DNA of 22,166 nucleotides from Thermostichus sp. DRC_bins_24 (lineage in GTDB: Bacteria > Cyanobacteriota > Cyanobacteriia > Thermostichales > Thermostichaceae). Location: contig JAUQVK010000113.1 of assembly GCA_039794845.1 (NCBI GenBank), forward strand, positions 1 to 22,166, in the 5' to 3' direction. This document shows, one piece after another, positions 8,656 to 18,562 of the stretch (position 1 is the stretch's first letter; each line of letters begins with the position of its first letter). The notes under the pieces were generated by a model that had not been told where the DNA came from, made no database searches, and saw only the letters and a list, made by a program, of their open reading frames with translations. Made by a program: the position numbers and the translations under genes.

Positions 8656-9969
8656 TTAGTCGTCTTCCGTCAACCGCAGCTGCACCGACTGGCCATGGGC
8701 CGGCAACCCCTCCGCCTGGGTGAGGGCCTGAATGGCCCCTGCCACCTCTCGCAAAGCCATGGAGCCGTACTGGATCAGGCTGGAATGCTTGAGAAAGGTT
8801 TCCACCCCCAAAGCGGAAGCATAACGAGCTGCCCCGGCGGTGGGCAAGGTGTGGTTGGGGCCTGCTAGATAATCCCCCACTGCTTCTGGGGTGTGGTGTC
8901 CCAAGAAAATCGCCCCTGCATGGCGAATCGGCTCCAACAACGCCCAGGGATCCGCCACCTGCAACTCCAAGTGCTCTGGGGCAAACAGGTTAGACAGCAC
9001 CACCGCTGTGGCCAGATCCGGCACCACAGCAATTAACCCATAATTGACCACCGACTTTTCCACCATCAGACGGTTGGGATGGGTTTCAATTTGGATCGCC
9101 ACCGCCTGTTGCACCTGCTGGGCCAACTTCGGATCCGGGGTTAGGAGGATTGCCGCTGCCAGAGGATCATGTTCTGCCTGGGCCAGCAAATCGGCTGCCA
9201 AATGGGTGGGATTGGCACTCTCATCGGCGATGATCAACACCTCCGAAGGCCCCGCCAGCGAGTCGATGCCCACCGTGCCGTACACCTGCTTTTTGGCCAA
9301 AGTGACGTAGATGTTTCCGGGGCCGGTGATCACATCCACCTTGGGAATCGTCTCGGTGCCGTAGGCCAGCGCCCCAATCGCCTGCGCCCCGCCGACGCGG
9401 TAGATGGTTTGGATCCCGGCTTCTTGGGCGGCCACCAAGATTGCCGGGCTGATCCCTTTCCCGCCCGAGCCATCGGATCCCGGCGGCGTCACCAGGACAA
9501 TTTCCGGCACCCCTGCCACCTGAGCGGGAATGGCGTTCATCAACACGGTGCTGGGATAGGCGGCGCGCCCCCCGGGAACGTAAAGACCGGCGCGATCCAC
9601 AGGGCGATATTGCTTGCCCAAGACGATCTCGGGGGCAGGGAAACTCACCCAACTGCTGGGCACCCGCTGCCGGTGAAAGGCCTCAATGCGCTGTTTGGCC
9701 AGGCGAAGAGCAGCCAGAAGCTGGGGAGACACCGCCTGATAGGCTGCCTCCAGTTCTGCGCCCGATACCTTCAGCTCAGACACACTTAGCTCTACTTGAT
9801 CAAACTCTGCGGTGTAATCCAGCAAAGCCCGATCCCCTTGACGGCGCACCGATTGCAGAATCTCCCGCACCGTCGCTTCACGATGAATGTTCTGGTCGGC
9901 TTGCGTGCGCTCCGAGATCCGTCTGAGCTCGGCTTCAGCCTCGGTCAGCTGGGTGACGATTCTCAGCAT
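8656..9969 (-). CDS. hisD: Histidinol dehydrogenase
   Basis: [55 protein letters not shown]. Start at MLRIVTQ. Confidence 0.97.
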   Translation of the reverse strand: MLRIVTQLTEAEAELRRISERTQADQNIHREATVREILQSVRRQGDRALLDYTAEFDQVELSVSELKVSGAELEAAYQAVSPQLLAALRLAKQRIEAFHRQRVPSSWVSFPAPEIVLGKQYRPVDRAGLYVPGGRAAYPSTVLMNAIPAQVAGVPEIVLVTPPGSDGSGGKGISPAILVAAQEAGIQTIYRVGGAQAIGALAYGTETIPKVDVITGPGNIYVTLAKKQVYGTVGIDSLAGPSEVLIIADESANPTHLAADLLAQAEHDPLAAAILLTPDPKLAQQVQQAVAIQIETHPNRLMVEKSVVNYGLIAVVPDLATAVVLSNLFAPEHLELQVADPWALLEPIRHAGAIFLGHHTPEAVGDYLAGPNHTLPTAGAARYASALGVETFLKHSSLIQYGSMALREVAGAIQALTQAEGLPAHGQSVQLRLTEDD

Positions 9970-10200
9970 GGCAACTCCAAGGTAACGAAGGATCCAGCGG
10001 CATCGCGGCAGCAAAATACCGATCTTTACCACCGTCCCGGTTGTCGGCTAAAACCCGCGGAGCAACCCCTGGGCAGGATCCCCTTTAGGCCAAGCGGTAG
10101 CCGGGTTGGATATGGTCATAGCTTAGCCTGTATTTCCGGCAGCCAAGAACTTGACAGAAGCCTTCCATCGCCTCCTTTCCGAAGGATTCCGCTGCGACTC

Positions 10201-10950
10201 CTACAGACCCAGCTCCGCCGTTTTGATTAGGTTGCGAAAATCGTGTATCACCCCTTCACAGCGGCGGAAAAAAGCCAGTACCCAATCCCGCAGCACCTTC
10301 TGCTGAGATTCATCCAGCTCCTTCAGGAGGCCGCCGTAGCGGATCTGGCCGCTGCGCTCGATCTCGAACTGATTGAGCCATTCTGCCTCCAACCCCCGGT
10401 GTTGCAACACCTCCTGTCGGGCTGCTTTCCAGTAGTTAACGATCACTGCTTTGCCCAAATAGCCCGTTGTAATCTGACAGAGACGGTTCAGGGAGCGCAT
10501 AAACGTCTCCATTTCCATAGATGTACCAGCAGCGGAGGTAGGGGCGGCCGTGGGCTGAGTGGCGTTGGAGCTAGCCTCCATTTGACTGCTGAAGAGGCGA
10601 AAAGTCGCCAGGCCCTTTTGGGTATCCCGCTGCAATTCCGTGCGTAGGCGGTTTACCGCCAAACTGTAGATGGGCATCACCAGGTCATCGCCCACCGCCA
10701 CCAGCAACACCCACTCAGTGCTCAGGGGATAGACAAACACCCGTTGCTCGGCAAACTGAAAGTCAAAATAGTCAAACCCCTGCGGCATCGTCTCCAAGAC
10801 TTGAAACAATCCCTGGGTTAGAGCCTGCTGCTGGCGAGAATCCAGATTTTGAAAAGAACGGTAGAAACAAGGGCGCCCCGTGGGGCTCAGTAGCGCCACT
10901 CCCATCACCCCTTGAATGGACAAAAAGCGCTCGAGGATTTCTTTCTCCAT
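10201..10950 (-). CDS. Hypothetical protein, N-terminus possibly roadblock/LC7-like
   Basis: 249-aa ORF from MEKEILERFLSIQGVMGVALLSPTG. The fold call is pattern-based inference. Confidence 0.75.
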   Translation of the reverse strand: MEKEILERFLSIQGVMGVALLSPTGRPCFYRSFQNLDSRQQQALTQGLFQVLETMPQGFDYFDFQFAEQRVFVYPLSTEWVLLVAVGDDLVMPIYSLAVNRLRTELQRDTQKGLATFRLFSSQMEASSNATQPTAAPTSAAGTSMEMETFMRSLNRLCQITTGYLGKAVIVNYWKAARQEVLQHRGLEAEWLNQFEIERSGQIRYGGLLKELDESQQKVLRDWVLAFFRRCEGVIHDFRNLIKTAELGL

Positions 10951-11536
10951 ACCTATTGGGAGATAGCTTGAGAGATCTGTCGAGATCATTGAGCGATGAT
11001 CACATCCTTAATATCCTGACTTAGTTTGCCCGAGGATGGGTCAGCGAAATTGACGAATGCTTAAAACGGGAAGACAGAGCTTCAGTTGGTCCACCAGCTT
11101 AATTGGCTGCAGCCCGTGAAACCAGAATGCGGGCATTTTTCAGCTAGGGCAGCAGGAGCCCCGCACCCTACCCCTTCGAGGGGGGGTCGGGAGGAATGCG
11201 CCGCCGGCAGCGGGATGAAATAACACAAACCAACTCCTGACCATCTCTTGCAAGCTCAAGGTATCCGAATCGCAGGCCGCAAAACTGGATGCGACTCCGG
11301 AGGCGTTTGGGCAGGTATTGAACTGGGTTAACCAGAACACACCCGAGAAGATGGTCAATGCCCTCAAGCTGCAATCCCTTTGCTACCACGAGATTCGCAC
11401 TCACTTTGGCCTGTCGAGCAACTTGGCTTTACAGGTTTGCAGGGGAGTCGCCGGTTCTCGGAAGGTGGCCAAACAAAAGCATCGCCCGGTCAAAGCGGTC
11501 AAGTCGGATTTTCTCGTTTCGGGAAAGAGACCGGAC

Positions 11537-11560
11537 GGCTCGCCGGAGCCGGGTGAGCAC
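11537..11560 (-). repeat. 24-nt in-frame insertion in tnpB, probable family B
   Basis: Adds 8 codons to FRERD-R-TVSLTT. Reverse complement GTGCTCACCCGGCTCCGGCGAGCC is 14/24 identical to the MITE 3 insert and shares CCGGCG(A/T)GCC. AC at both junctions makes the boundary uncertain by 2 nt. Confidence 0.68.
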
Positions 11561-11617
11561 AGTTTCACTCACCACCGTTGATGGGCGTGAGCGGTTTGGG
11601 TTGGCCATCGGCAATTA

Positions 11618-11721
11618 CAGCCCTTGCGCGGGTTTTCTGCAGCAAGGATTGTGCTTCCTCAGCCTTCTAGAGAGAGGATCCTAACTCCCACAGTTGTTAT
11701 ACGTGACTAGCGAAAGGGCTG
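11618..11721 (-). mobile_element. MITE copy 4, 104-bp short form, inverted, inside tnpB
   Basis: TA|CAGCCCTTGCGC...GCGAAAGGGCTG|TA. Removal rejoins GN-Y-QQGML in frame. Confidence 0.93.
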
Positions 11722-11967
11722 TACCAACAGGGAATGCTGAACAGTTGGGCGTTCCACCGGTTGAGGGGGTTCATTGAGTACAAAGCTTTGAGGGCGGGTG
11801 TGAAGGTTGTTGCGGTCAATCCGGCCTACACCGGTCAAACGTGCCACCGATGTCTGCGTATTCACCCGGATGTCGATAAGTTCTATCGGAGGGGTAAGCG
11901 GTTTGGGTGTGGGCATTGGGGTTGGCAGGGGGATGGGGCTTTTAACGGGGCCAAGAACCTTCAATCC

Positions 11968-11994
11968 ATCTCACGAAGCGGGGTGCAGAGCACC
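11968..11994 (-). repeat. Family A 27-nt insertion, degenerate, minus strand
   Basis: Reverse complement G-GTGC-TCT-GCAC-CCCGC-TTC-GTGAG-AT. Removing these 9 codons gives GAKNLQSTGLSVIQPGGS. Confidence 0.72.
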
Positions 11995-12380
11995 ACCGGG
12001 CTGTCGGTAATACAGCCTGGAGGCTCCTGGTTATCCTGTGGGTTGAAGGAGATAGGCGGAGGGCTACTGAAGGGCTTTTGGAAAGCCCGCGACTGCGTAA
12101 GCCGTCAGCCTCGGGAAGACATTACGAGATCTTTACCACCTCACCCCCAGTGATGCGCAGTGGCTGCTGTTGCTGTGCTGTCGGTCACTGCTACTGGGGG
12201 CGGAAGAAGTGCGCAAGAAGAAGTGCACAAATTGTGGATGGGCCGAGGCAGGGGATCCCGTTAGGCTTCGTTGGGCGCAAGGGATCCCATCGGCCCGGTT
12301 GATCCCTGCCCTCCCTCCGGCTGGGGGATGACCTTCGCAGACTAGGATGAACGGTATTCGTTTTCAGCCGATGGTTCCCC

Positions 12381-14012
12381 ATGACACCTGTTTTTTTGCG
12401 GCAGGCTCTCAGCCACTACCCTTTTGCGTCGCAGCGACGAGTGGTGATGGGCAGACGGGGATCCGTTGCCACCAGCCAGCCTCTGGCGGCGATGGCGGGA
12501 ATGGAGATGCTCTGGGCAGGAGGAAATGCCGTGGATGCCGCCCTGGCAATGGCGATGGCCTTGACGGTGGTGGAGCCGACTTCCAATGGCCTGGGCTCAG
12601 ATGCCTTTGCCTTGGTGTGGGATGGCGAAAATCGTTTGCATGGCTTAAATGCCTCCGGTCGTAGCCCGGCGGCCCTGACTCCAGAGCACTTTATCGGCTA
12701 TGAGCGGATCCCATCCTGGGATTGGTTGGCGGTGACGGTGCCGGGGGCCGTGTCTGCTTGGCAGGCTTTGCATCGGCGCTGGGGACGATTGCCCTTCGAG
12801 CGCCTGTTTATACCTGCCATTCGGTTGGCTCGAGAGGGGTTTCCGGTTTCTCCCCGCATTGCACAACTGTGGCAAGCGGCAGCCGCAACCTATTTGCCCC
12901 TGCAGGATCCCCGTCATGATCCCTTCAAAGCTGTTTTCTTTCCCCAGGGGCGCGCCCCACAAGCCGGAGAATGCTGGAGTAGCCCGCAGCATGCCCAAAC
13001 GCTGGAAGAGATTGCCCGTAGCGGCGGAGAGAGCTTTTACCGCGGGGAGCTGGCGGAGAAGCTGCTGGCTTTTTCAGAGGCAACGGGTGGGATCCTTTCT
13101 CAAGCAGATTTAACGGAGCATCGGGCCGACTGGGTGGAGCCGATCCATACGGATTACCGGGGCTACACCGTCTGGGAGATCCCCCCCAATGGCCAGGGCA
13201 TTGCCGCCCTGATGGCCCTCAACATTCTGGAAGGCTTTGATCTGAGTCGGATCCCCTACGATGCAGGCGAGCGCTATCACCTACAAATTGAGGCGATGAA
13301 GCTGGCCTTTGCCGATGTGAACCGACAGGTGGCGGATCCCGATTATCTGCAGGTGACGCCTGCCCAAATGCTGGATAAACCCTACGCTCAACAACGGCGC
13401 AGGCTGATCGGTGATGAGGCAATCCCCTTGGCTAAGCCAGGACTGCCCCAGGGGGGAACGGTTTACCTAGCAGCCGCCGACGGCGACCTGATGGTGTCGT
13501 TGATTCAGTCCAATTTCGACGGGTTTGGCAGTGGTCTGTTGGTTCCGGGTACGGGCATTGCCCTCCACAATCGCGGCACCGGCTTTACCCTGGAGCCAGG
13601 CCATCCCAACCAAGTGGGCCCCCGCAAGCGCCCCTATCACACGATCATTCCTGCTTTTCTCTCCCGAGACGGGATCCCCCTCGGCCCCTTTGGTGTCATG
13701 GGGGGAGCCATGCAGCCCCAAGGCCATGTGCAGGTGGTGGTGAACTTGGTGGATTATGGCTTGAACCCGCAAGCCGCCCTAGATGCTCCCCGCTGGCGAG
13801 TCTTGTCGGGCCAAGAAACCACACAAGTGCTGGTAGAGGCAACTGTGCCGCAGCCGGTGGTGCAAGAGTTGGCGGCCCGAGGCCATGCGGTGCAGGTGAT
13901 GACCACAGAGGACTACTACGGCTTTGGACGGGGGCAGATCATCTTTCGGGATGGAGATCACCTGATCAGCGCTTCCGAACCCCGCGCCGATGGGTTGGCC
14001 TTGGCTTGGTAA
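12381..14012 (+). CDS. ggt: Gamma-glutamyltransferase family protein
   Basis: GGNAVDAALA, EIPPNGQG, nucleophile Thr in GTVYLAAAD, KRPYHTIIP, GVMGGAMQPQGH, SEPRADG. Confidence 0.93.
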   Translation: MTPVFLRQALSHYPFASQRRVVMGRRGSVATSQPLAAMAGMEMLWAGGNAVDAALAMAMALTVVEPTSNGLGSDAFALVWDGENRLHGLNASGRSPAALTPEHFIGYERIPSWDWLAVTVPGAVSAWQALHRRWGRLPFERLFIPAIRLAREGFPVSPRIAQLWQAAAATYLPLQDPRHDPFKAVFFPQGRAPQAGECWSSPQHAQTLEEIARSGGESFYRGELAEKLLAFSEATGGILSQADLTEHRADWVEPIHTDYRGYTVWEIPPNGQGIAALMALNILEGFDLSRIPYDAGERYHLQIEAMKLAFADVNRQVADPDYLQVTPAQMLDKPYAQQRRRLIGDEAIPLAKPGLPQGGTVYLAAADGDLMVSLIQSNFDGFGSGLLVPGTGIALHNRGTGFTLEPGHPNQVGPRKRPYHTIIPAFLSRDGIPLGPFGVMGGAMQPQGHVQVVVNLVDYGLNPQAALDAPRWRVLSGQETTQVLVEATVPQPVVQELAARGHAVQVMTTEDYYGFGRGQIIFRDGDHLISASEPRADGLALAW

Positions 14013-14017
14013 AGGGG

Positions 14018-14797
<780 letters not shown>

Positions 14798-14909
14798 CTA
14801 TTCCAACAGCCGCAACAGTATATGACGCTTTGGGGATGTCTGATGCCAAGGGTAGGGTTTGTAGTGATAATGTTTCTACTCCTAATTCCTACCGTGATCG
14901 GTGCCGACC

Positions 14910-15824
14910 ATGCCAGATTTTCTGCCCTATGCCTACTTCCAGGGCCAGATTGTTCCCTTTGCTGAGGCGAAGATTTCCATTGCCACCCATGCCTTGCACT
15001 ATGGAACCGCGGCATTCGGCGGCCTACGCGGGATCCCGGATCCGCAAAATCCCAATCAAATTTTGTTGTTCCGGCTGGACCGCCATTGCCAACGGCTAAG
15101 CCAAAGTGCCCGCCTGCTGTGTTTCGATCTCCCTGCCGACCGGATCGAGCAGGTGATTGTGGAGCTGATCCAAAAAAATCGACCCTCCAACTCCTTTTAC
15201 ATTCGCCCCTTGGTGTACACCTCCGATTTGGGCATTTCGCCGCGATTGCACAACATCGAAAAAGACTTCTTCGTATACGGCTTGGAGTTGGGGGATTATC
15301 TCTCGCCAGAAGGGGTCAGTTGTCGCATCAGTTCTTGGGCCAGACAGGAGGATCGCAGCCTGCCTTTACGGGGCAAGATCAGTGGCGCCTATATCACCTC
15401 CTCTTTGGCAAAAACGGAGGCCGTGCAGGCGGGCTACGACGAAGCGATTTTGATGAATTCCCAGGGTAAAGTCAGCGAAGCCTCAGGCATGAACATCTTT
15501 ATCGTGCGCAACGGCACCCTGATCACCCCCGGTTTCGACCAAGACATTTTGGAAGGGATCACCCGCGATAGCATCCTCACCCTGGCGCGGGATCTGGGGA
15601 TCCCCACCCAAGAACGACCGATCGACAAGTCGGAGCTGTTGATCGCCGATGAGGTGTTTTTGAGTGGCACAGCCGCCAAGATCACCCCAGTTCGTCAAAT
15701 TGAGCAGTACCTCATGCCCGCCTCCCGCCCCATCACCGAGCAATTGCGGCAAAAGCTGGCGGCAATCACGGAAAATCGGGATCCCGATTACCCCCATTGG
15801 GTAAAGGTGGTGCGCTTCGGTTGA
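14910..15824 (+). CDS. ilvE: Branched-chain amino acid aminotransferase
   Basis: HALHYGTAAFGGLRG, GKISGAY, EASGMNIF, ILEGITR, ADEVFLSGTAA. Confidence 0.95.
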   Translation: MPDFLPYAYFQGQIVPFAEAKISIATHALHYGTAAFGGLRGIPDPQNPNQILLFRLDRHCQRLSQSARLLCFDLPADRIEQVIVELIQKNRPSNSFYIRPLVYTSDLGISPRLHNIEKDFFVYGLELGDYLSPEGVSCRISSWARQEDRSLPLRGKISGAYITSSLAKTEAVQAGYDEAILMNSQGKVSEASGMNIFIVRNGTLITPGFDQDILEGITRDSILTLARDLGIPTQERPIDKSELLIADEVFLSGTAAKITPVRQIEQYLMPASRPITEQLRQKLAAITENRDPDYPHWVKVVRFG

Positions 15825-15857
15825 GGCCCAGAAGACCGGCCATCCCACCAGCTGAAA

Positions 15858-16838
15858 TTATTCCCGCGCTACTTCCAGTTGATTGTCGGGTGCAAACCGC
15901 ACGCGAAACCGTTGGGCTCCCGTCGGCAAGGGATCCGGGGGCAGCTCCGGCAGGTCGGCAAGGGGGGTTTCGGCCAGGCGCTCCTGGGCCAGCTCATTCT
16001 CTGGTTGGGCCGCCAACAGGGATCCCGTCGCATCCACCGTGACTTGATAAACCAAGCTCTCCTGCAAATCTGGCGGCGATTGCCACTGGTTTGCCAGGGT
16101 ATCGCGCAGGCGGCTAAGGGGATCCCCGTCGTCTTCGGCAGAAAGGGGGCGGCTGGCCCCTGCTTCCTGGCCGGCGGTTTGGGCAGAGTCGGGGGGGGTG
16201 GCGGCTAGAGGGGGCGGCGCCTCAGGCGAGGCAGGGGTGGTGAGCTGCTCCTGAACGGCGTTTGAAGCGGTTTGCTCCTGGCTTTCGGGCGTGCGCGTGG
16301 CCAAGACCCCCACACCAGCAACCACGGCGATCCCCCCCACCAATAGGGCAGCGATCCCGGTCGGTTGTCGGTACCAAGCACGCACAGCCTGGGTTTTCAA
16401 GCTGCTCAGTTGGGGGATGTCGTCGGCCACCTGAGAGAGGGTCTCCAGCAGGTCATACAACTGGGTCATGGAGAGATCCACCTGAGCGATCCGATCCTCC
16501 CCTTGGCGAACCGTGAGGCGATGAAAAATAAAATCAAGAGGACGAATGGCGACCGTGCCACTGAAGGTCCCCTTTGGCTCCCCACTCAATTGGGATCCCA
16601 CATAGCGATCGATCACCGTGATCAAATCATTAAGCCAGACATGATCTCCGTACAGGGTTTTGGTGTTCTCCCCCTGACGAATCTCCAACTGACAGGTGAA
16701 CCCCCGCTGGATCGCATGTAATGGCGGCGTGGAGGTGCCGTCGGGAAGGGCAGACGCTTCTCCCTGCACAGTCAAGGTAGAGGTGGGCTGCTGATAGGCG
16801 TGGCTGAGGGTAGCGCTAGGCATGACGACTACAGGCAA
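15858..16838 (-). CDS. DUF4335-like single-pass membrane protein
   Basis: YQQPTSTLTVQG start, LSMTQLYDLLETL motif, one TM helix, Pro/Ala-rich linker and C-terminal LVYQVTVDATG domain. Adjacent to DUF3038. Start may be 16823. Confidence 0.78.
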   Translation of the reverse strand: MPVVVMPSATLSHAYQQPTSTLTVQGEASALPDGTSTPPLHAIQRGFTCQLEIRQGENTKTLYGDHVWLNDLITVIDRYVGSQLSGEPKGTFSGTVAIRPLDFIFHRLTVRQGEDRIAQVDLSMTQLYDLLETLSQVADDIPQLSSLKTQAVRAWYRQPTGIAALLVGGIAVVAGVGVLATRTPESQEQTASNAVQEQLTTPASPEAPPPLAATPPDSAQTAGQEAGASRPLSAEDDGDPLSRLRDTLANQWQSPPDLQESLVYQVTVDATGSLLAAQPENELAQERLAETPLADLPELPPDPLPTGAQRFRVRFAPDNQLEVARE

Positions 16839-16863
16839 ACAATACAGAGGTGAGGGACCGGAT

Positions 16864-17526
16864 TTAGACCGAGGGGGAAGCGTCGGAAGAACCGGAATTG
16901 GCCGCCTGGGCTACCTCCTCTTCTTCCAGCTCACTGACGGCAGGCAGATCCATCTCAGGACGGTTAAGCAAGGCTTTCCACAGACGCTGAGTTCCTTTCG
17001 GGCTGCTGTAGAACATCAGCTCGATCAGAATGCGTAGGGCCAACTCCATAATGCTGTTTTCATCCCGCACATCTCCGTCCACCATGCGGCTGCGGTAATG
17101 GGAGAGAAATTCATCCAAGTAATCCCCCACCAGGGGCTGATGAAAGGGGTTGCGCTCCTGCTCGACAGCAGCTTCGAGTTGTTCTAGGGTGCTGCGGAGG
17201 CGGGCCTGCTGCTGGGCAGCCAGATGGCCGATCACCAGAACAAGGGCACGAGCCTCTTCAATGTCGACCTTTTTGCGCCCACCGCTGCCACGGCGTAGGG
17301 GGTTGGCATTGCGCAGCCGCCACAGAGCCACTCGATCGGGAATGCGATCCTCCAGGTGCAAGGCTTGGGCTGCGGCCAGAACCGCCTCAGAACTTTCGCC
17401 GCTAAGGGATTCCAACCCCAGCAATAACAAATCCAACTGGGCTTTGATGGTGCCGGTGGCTGTGCTGAGACCCTCGGGCCAACCGTCTAACTGAGTGTGC
17501 TTAGTGTGTTTGTGTTCCACCGTCAC
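16864..17526 (-). CDS. DUF3038 domain protein
   Basis: IKAQLDLLLLGLESL, DRVALWRLRNANPLR, GGRKKVDIEEARALVLVI, FYSSPKGTQRLW. Start uncertain (ORF is open to 17700). Confidence 0.85.
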   Translation of the reverse strand: MTVEHKHTKHTQLDGWPEGLSTATGTIKAQLDLLLLGLESLSGESSEAVLAAAQALHLEDRIPDRVALWRLRNANPLRRGSGGRKKVDIEEARALVLVIGHLAAQQQARLRSTLEQLEAAVEQERNPFHQPLVGDYLDEFLSHYRSRMVDGDVRDENSIMELALRILIELMFYSSPKGTQRLWKALLNRPEMDLPAVSELEEEEVAQAANSGSSDASPSV

Positions 17527-18023
17527 GCTGTCAAGGGGAGCTGTTTGTTTCAACAAGACTCTATGATCTCTTGTCTGAGCTAAACCTGCAACCAGTCCCC
17601 GCTGCGCTTTAGGGAAAAATACCTTGTGCCCCCTGCTCTGGCAGGCTGGGCTGTTGAGGGTCGAGTACCTGGATGACGGGATCCCCCGAAGGCTGACCAT
17701 GCTTTTGCTCCTAGAGACTTTGGAGGAAAGGAGAAGGTTCTGAATCTCTATCCCCTTCCTAGCGTAAGGGTCAGCTCAGGTGTGTTTGGGCCAGTTGCCA
17801 TTTTTGCAACGCACGTTTTCCAAGATTGGGATCCCTGCCCTTACTCCAATGGGGATCCTCCCCAAAGGGATGGTTAAGAGGTGAGGCTGTATGTCATCAT
17901 GGGCTAATAATTTGGAATGAAGGAAGGGGGACCTCTCCTTGATTCGGGTGTGACTGTTTTCTTGTCCTCTGTTTCTCTGTTCACCGCCCTTGCCCATACC
18001 GACTGCGTTGGGTAGGTTCACAC

Positions 18024-18488
18024 ATGGTCATGGATGCTTCTGCTGCTCAATCCAGCCTGCCTCGCTTGGTCTTGATCATCACCGATCAGATGGGTCGCCG
18101 CGGCGTTGTTTTGGATGGCATTTACTACTCCGTGGGTCGTGCCCCTAGCAACCATATTCGTCTCTACGACTCCTGCGTCTCGCGGGAACATGCCCTGATC
18201 ATCCGCATTCCTGAAGAGAATCAGGCTGGTTACAGCTACATGGTGTTCGATGGCAGCCCTGGCTCCCGTCGCAGCACCAACGGCTTGTTTGTGAATGGCA
18301 AAGCGGTCTTGTCGCACCCCTTGAAGCTGTTTGACAAGGTGGGGTTTGGCCCCAACGTGACGGCGATTGTGGAGACCACCGACCGTCTCACCCCGGAAAC
18401 TTTGGCGGGCCTGTTGAAACCTCCGGTTCCTGCCGGCAACACCACGCTGGTGGGATCCAAAGAGACCAAGGGGTTTACCGCCGCCTGA
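18024..18488 (+). CDS. FHA domain protein
   Basis: SVGR..VSREHA..STNGLFVNG FHA motifs. Confidence 0.92.
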   Translation: MVMDASAAQSSLPRLVLIITDQMGRRGVVLDGIYYSVGRAPSNHIRLYDSCVSREHALIIRIPEENQAGYSYMVFDGSPGSRRSTNGLFVNGKAVLSHPLKLFDKVGFGPNVTAIVETTDRLTPETLAGLLKPPVPAGNTTLVGSKETKGFTAA

Positions 18489-18562
18489 CCCGAGATTCAG
18501 GGATCCCGACCCGAGCTGTAGAGAGAGACCGTTGTGCTGGATTTGTCGAGTTCTGGGTTGTT

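Larger units (their letters stand above)
11231..12060 (+). pseudogene. tnpB: TnpB pseudogene with frameshift, large internal deletion and nested insertions
   Basis: QLLTISCKLKV..FGLSSNLALQVC..RIFSFRE..GNY/QQGML joined directly to NSWAFHRLRGFIEYKA..VNPAYTGQTCHRC. RuvC-I/II are missing, the start codon is not evident, and there is a frameshift near 11503. Confidence 0.88.
11153..12125 (+). mobile_element. Degenerate tnpB-only IS200/IS605 element with both ends apparently present
   Basis: Left hairpin region CAGGAGCCCCGCACCCT...GGGTCGGGAGGAATGCG and right end AAAGCCCGCG...CTCGGGAAGACATTAC, with tnpB fragments between. End positions are approximate. Confidence 0.78.

Noticed and set aside
9448..9485. 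Gly/Ser-rich loop in HisD ([13 protein letters not shown]) as another micro-insert
   Set aside because: It has no double-hairpin or family B motif and is consistent with ordinary loop variation.
571..11721. Repeated CAGCCCTT...AAGGGCTG units as a CRISPR array or ncRNA family
   Set aside because: They are dispersed, occur in both orientations, are TA-flanked and interrupt genes. There is no repeat-spacer periodicity and no cas gene.
12150..12240. CAGTGGC/GTCACTG hairpin and AAGAAGTGC direct repeat upstream of ggt
   Set aside because: Short and imperfect, with no second instance or recognisable riboswitch or operator.
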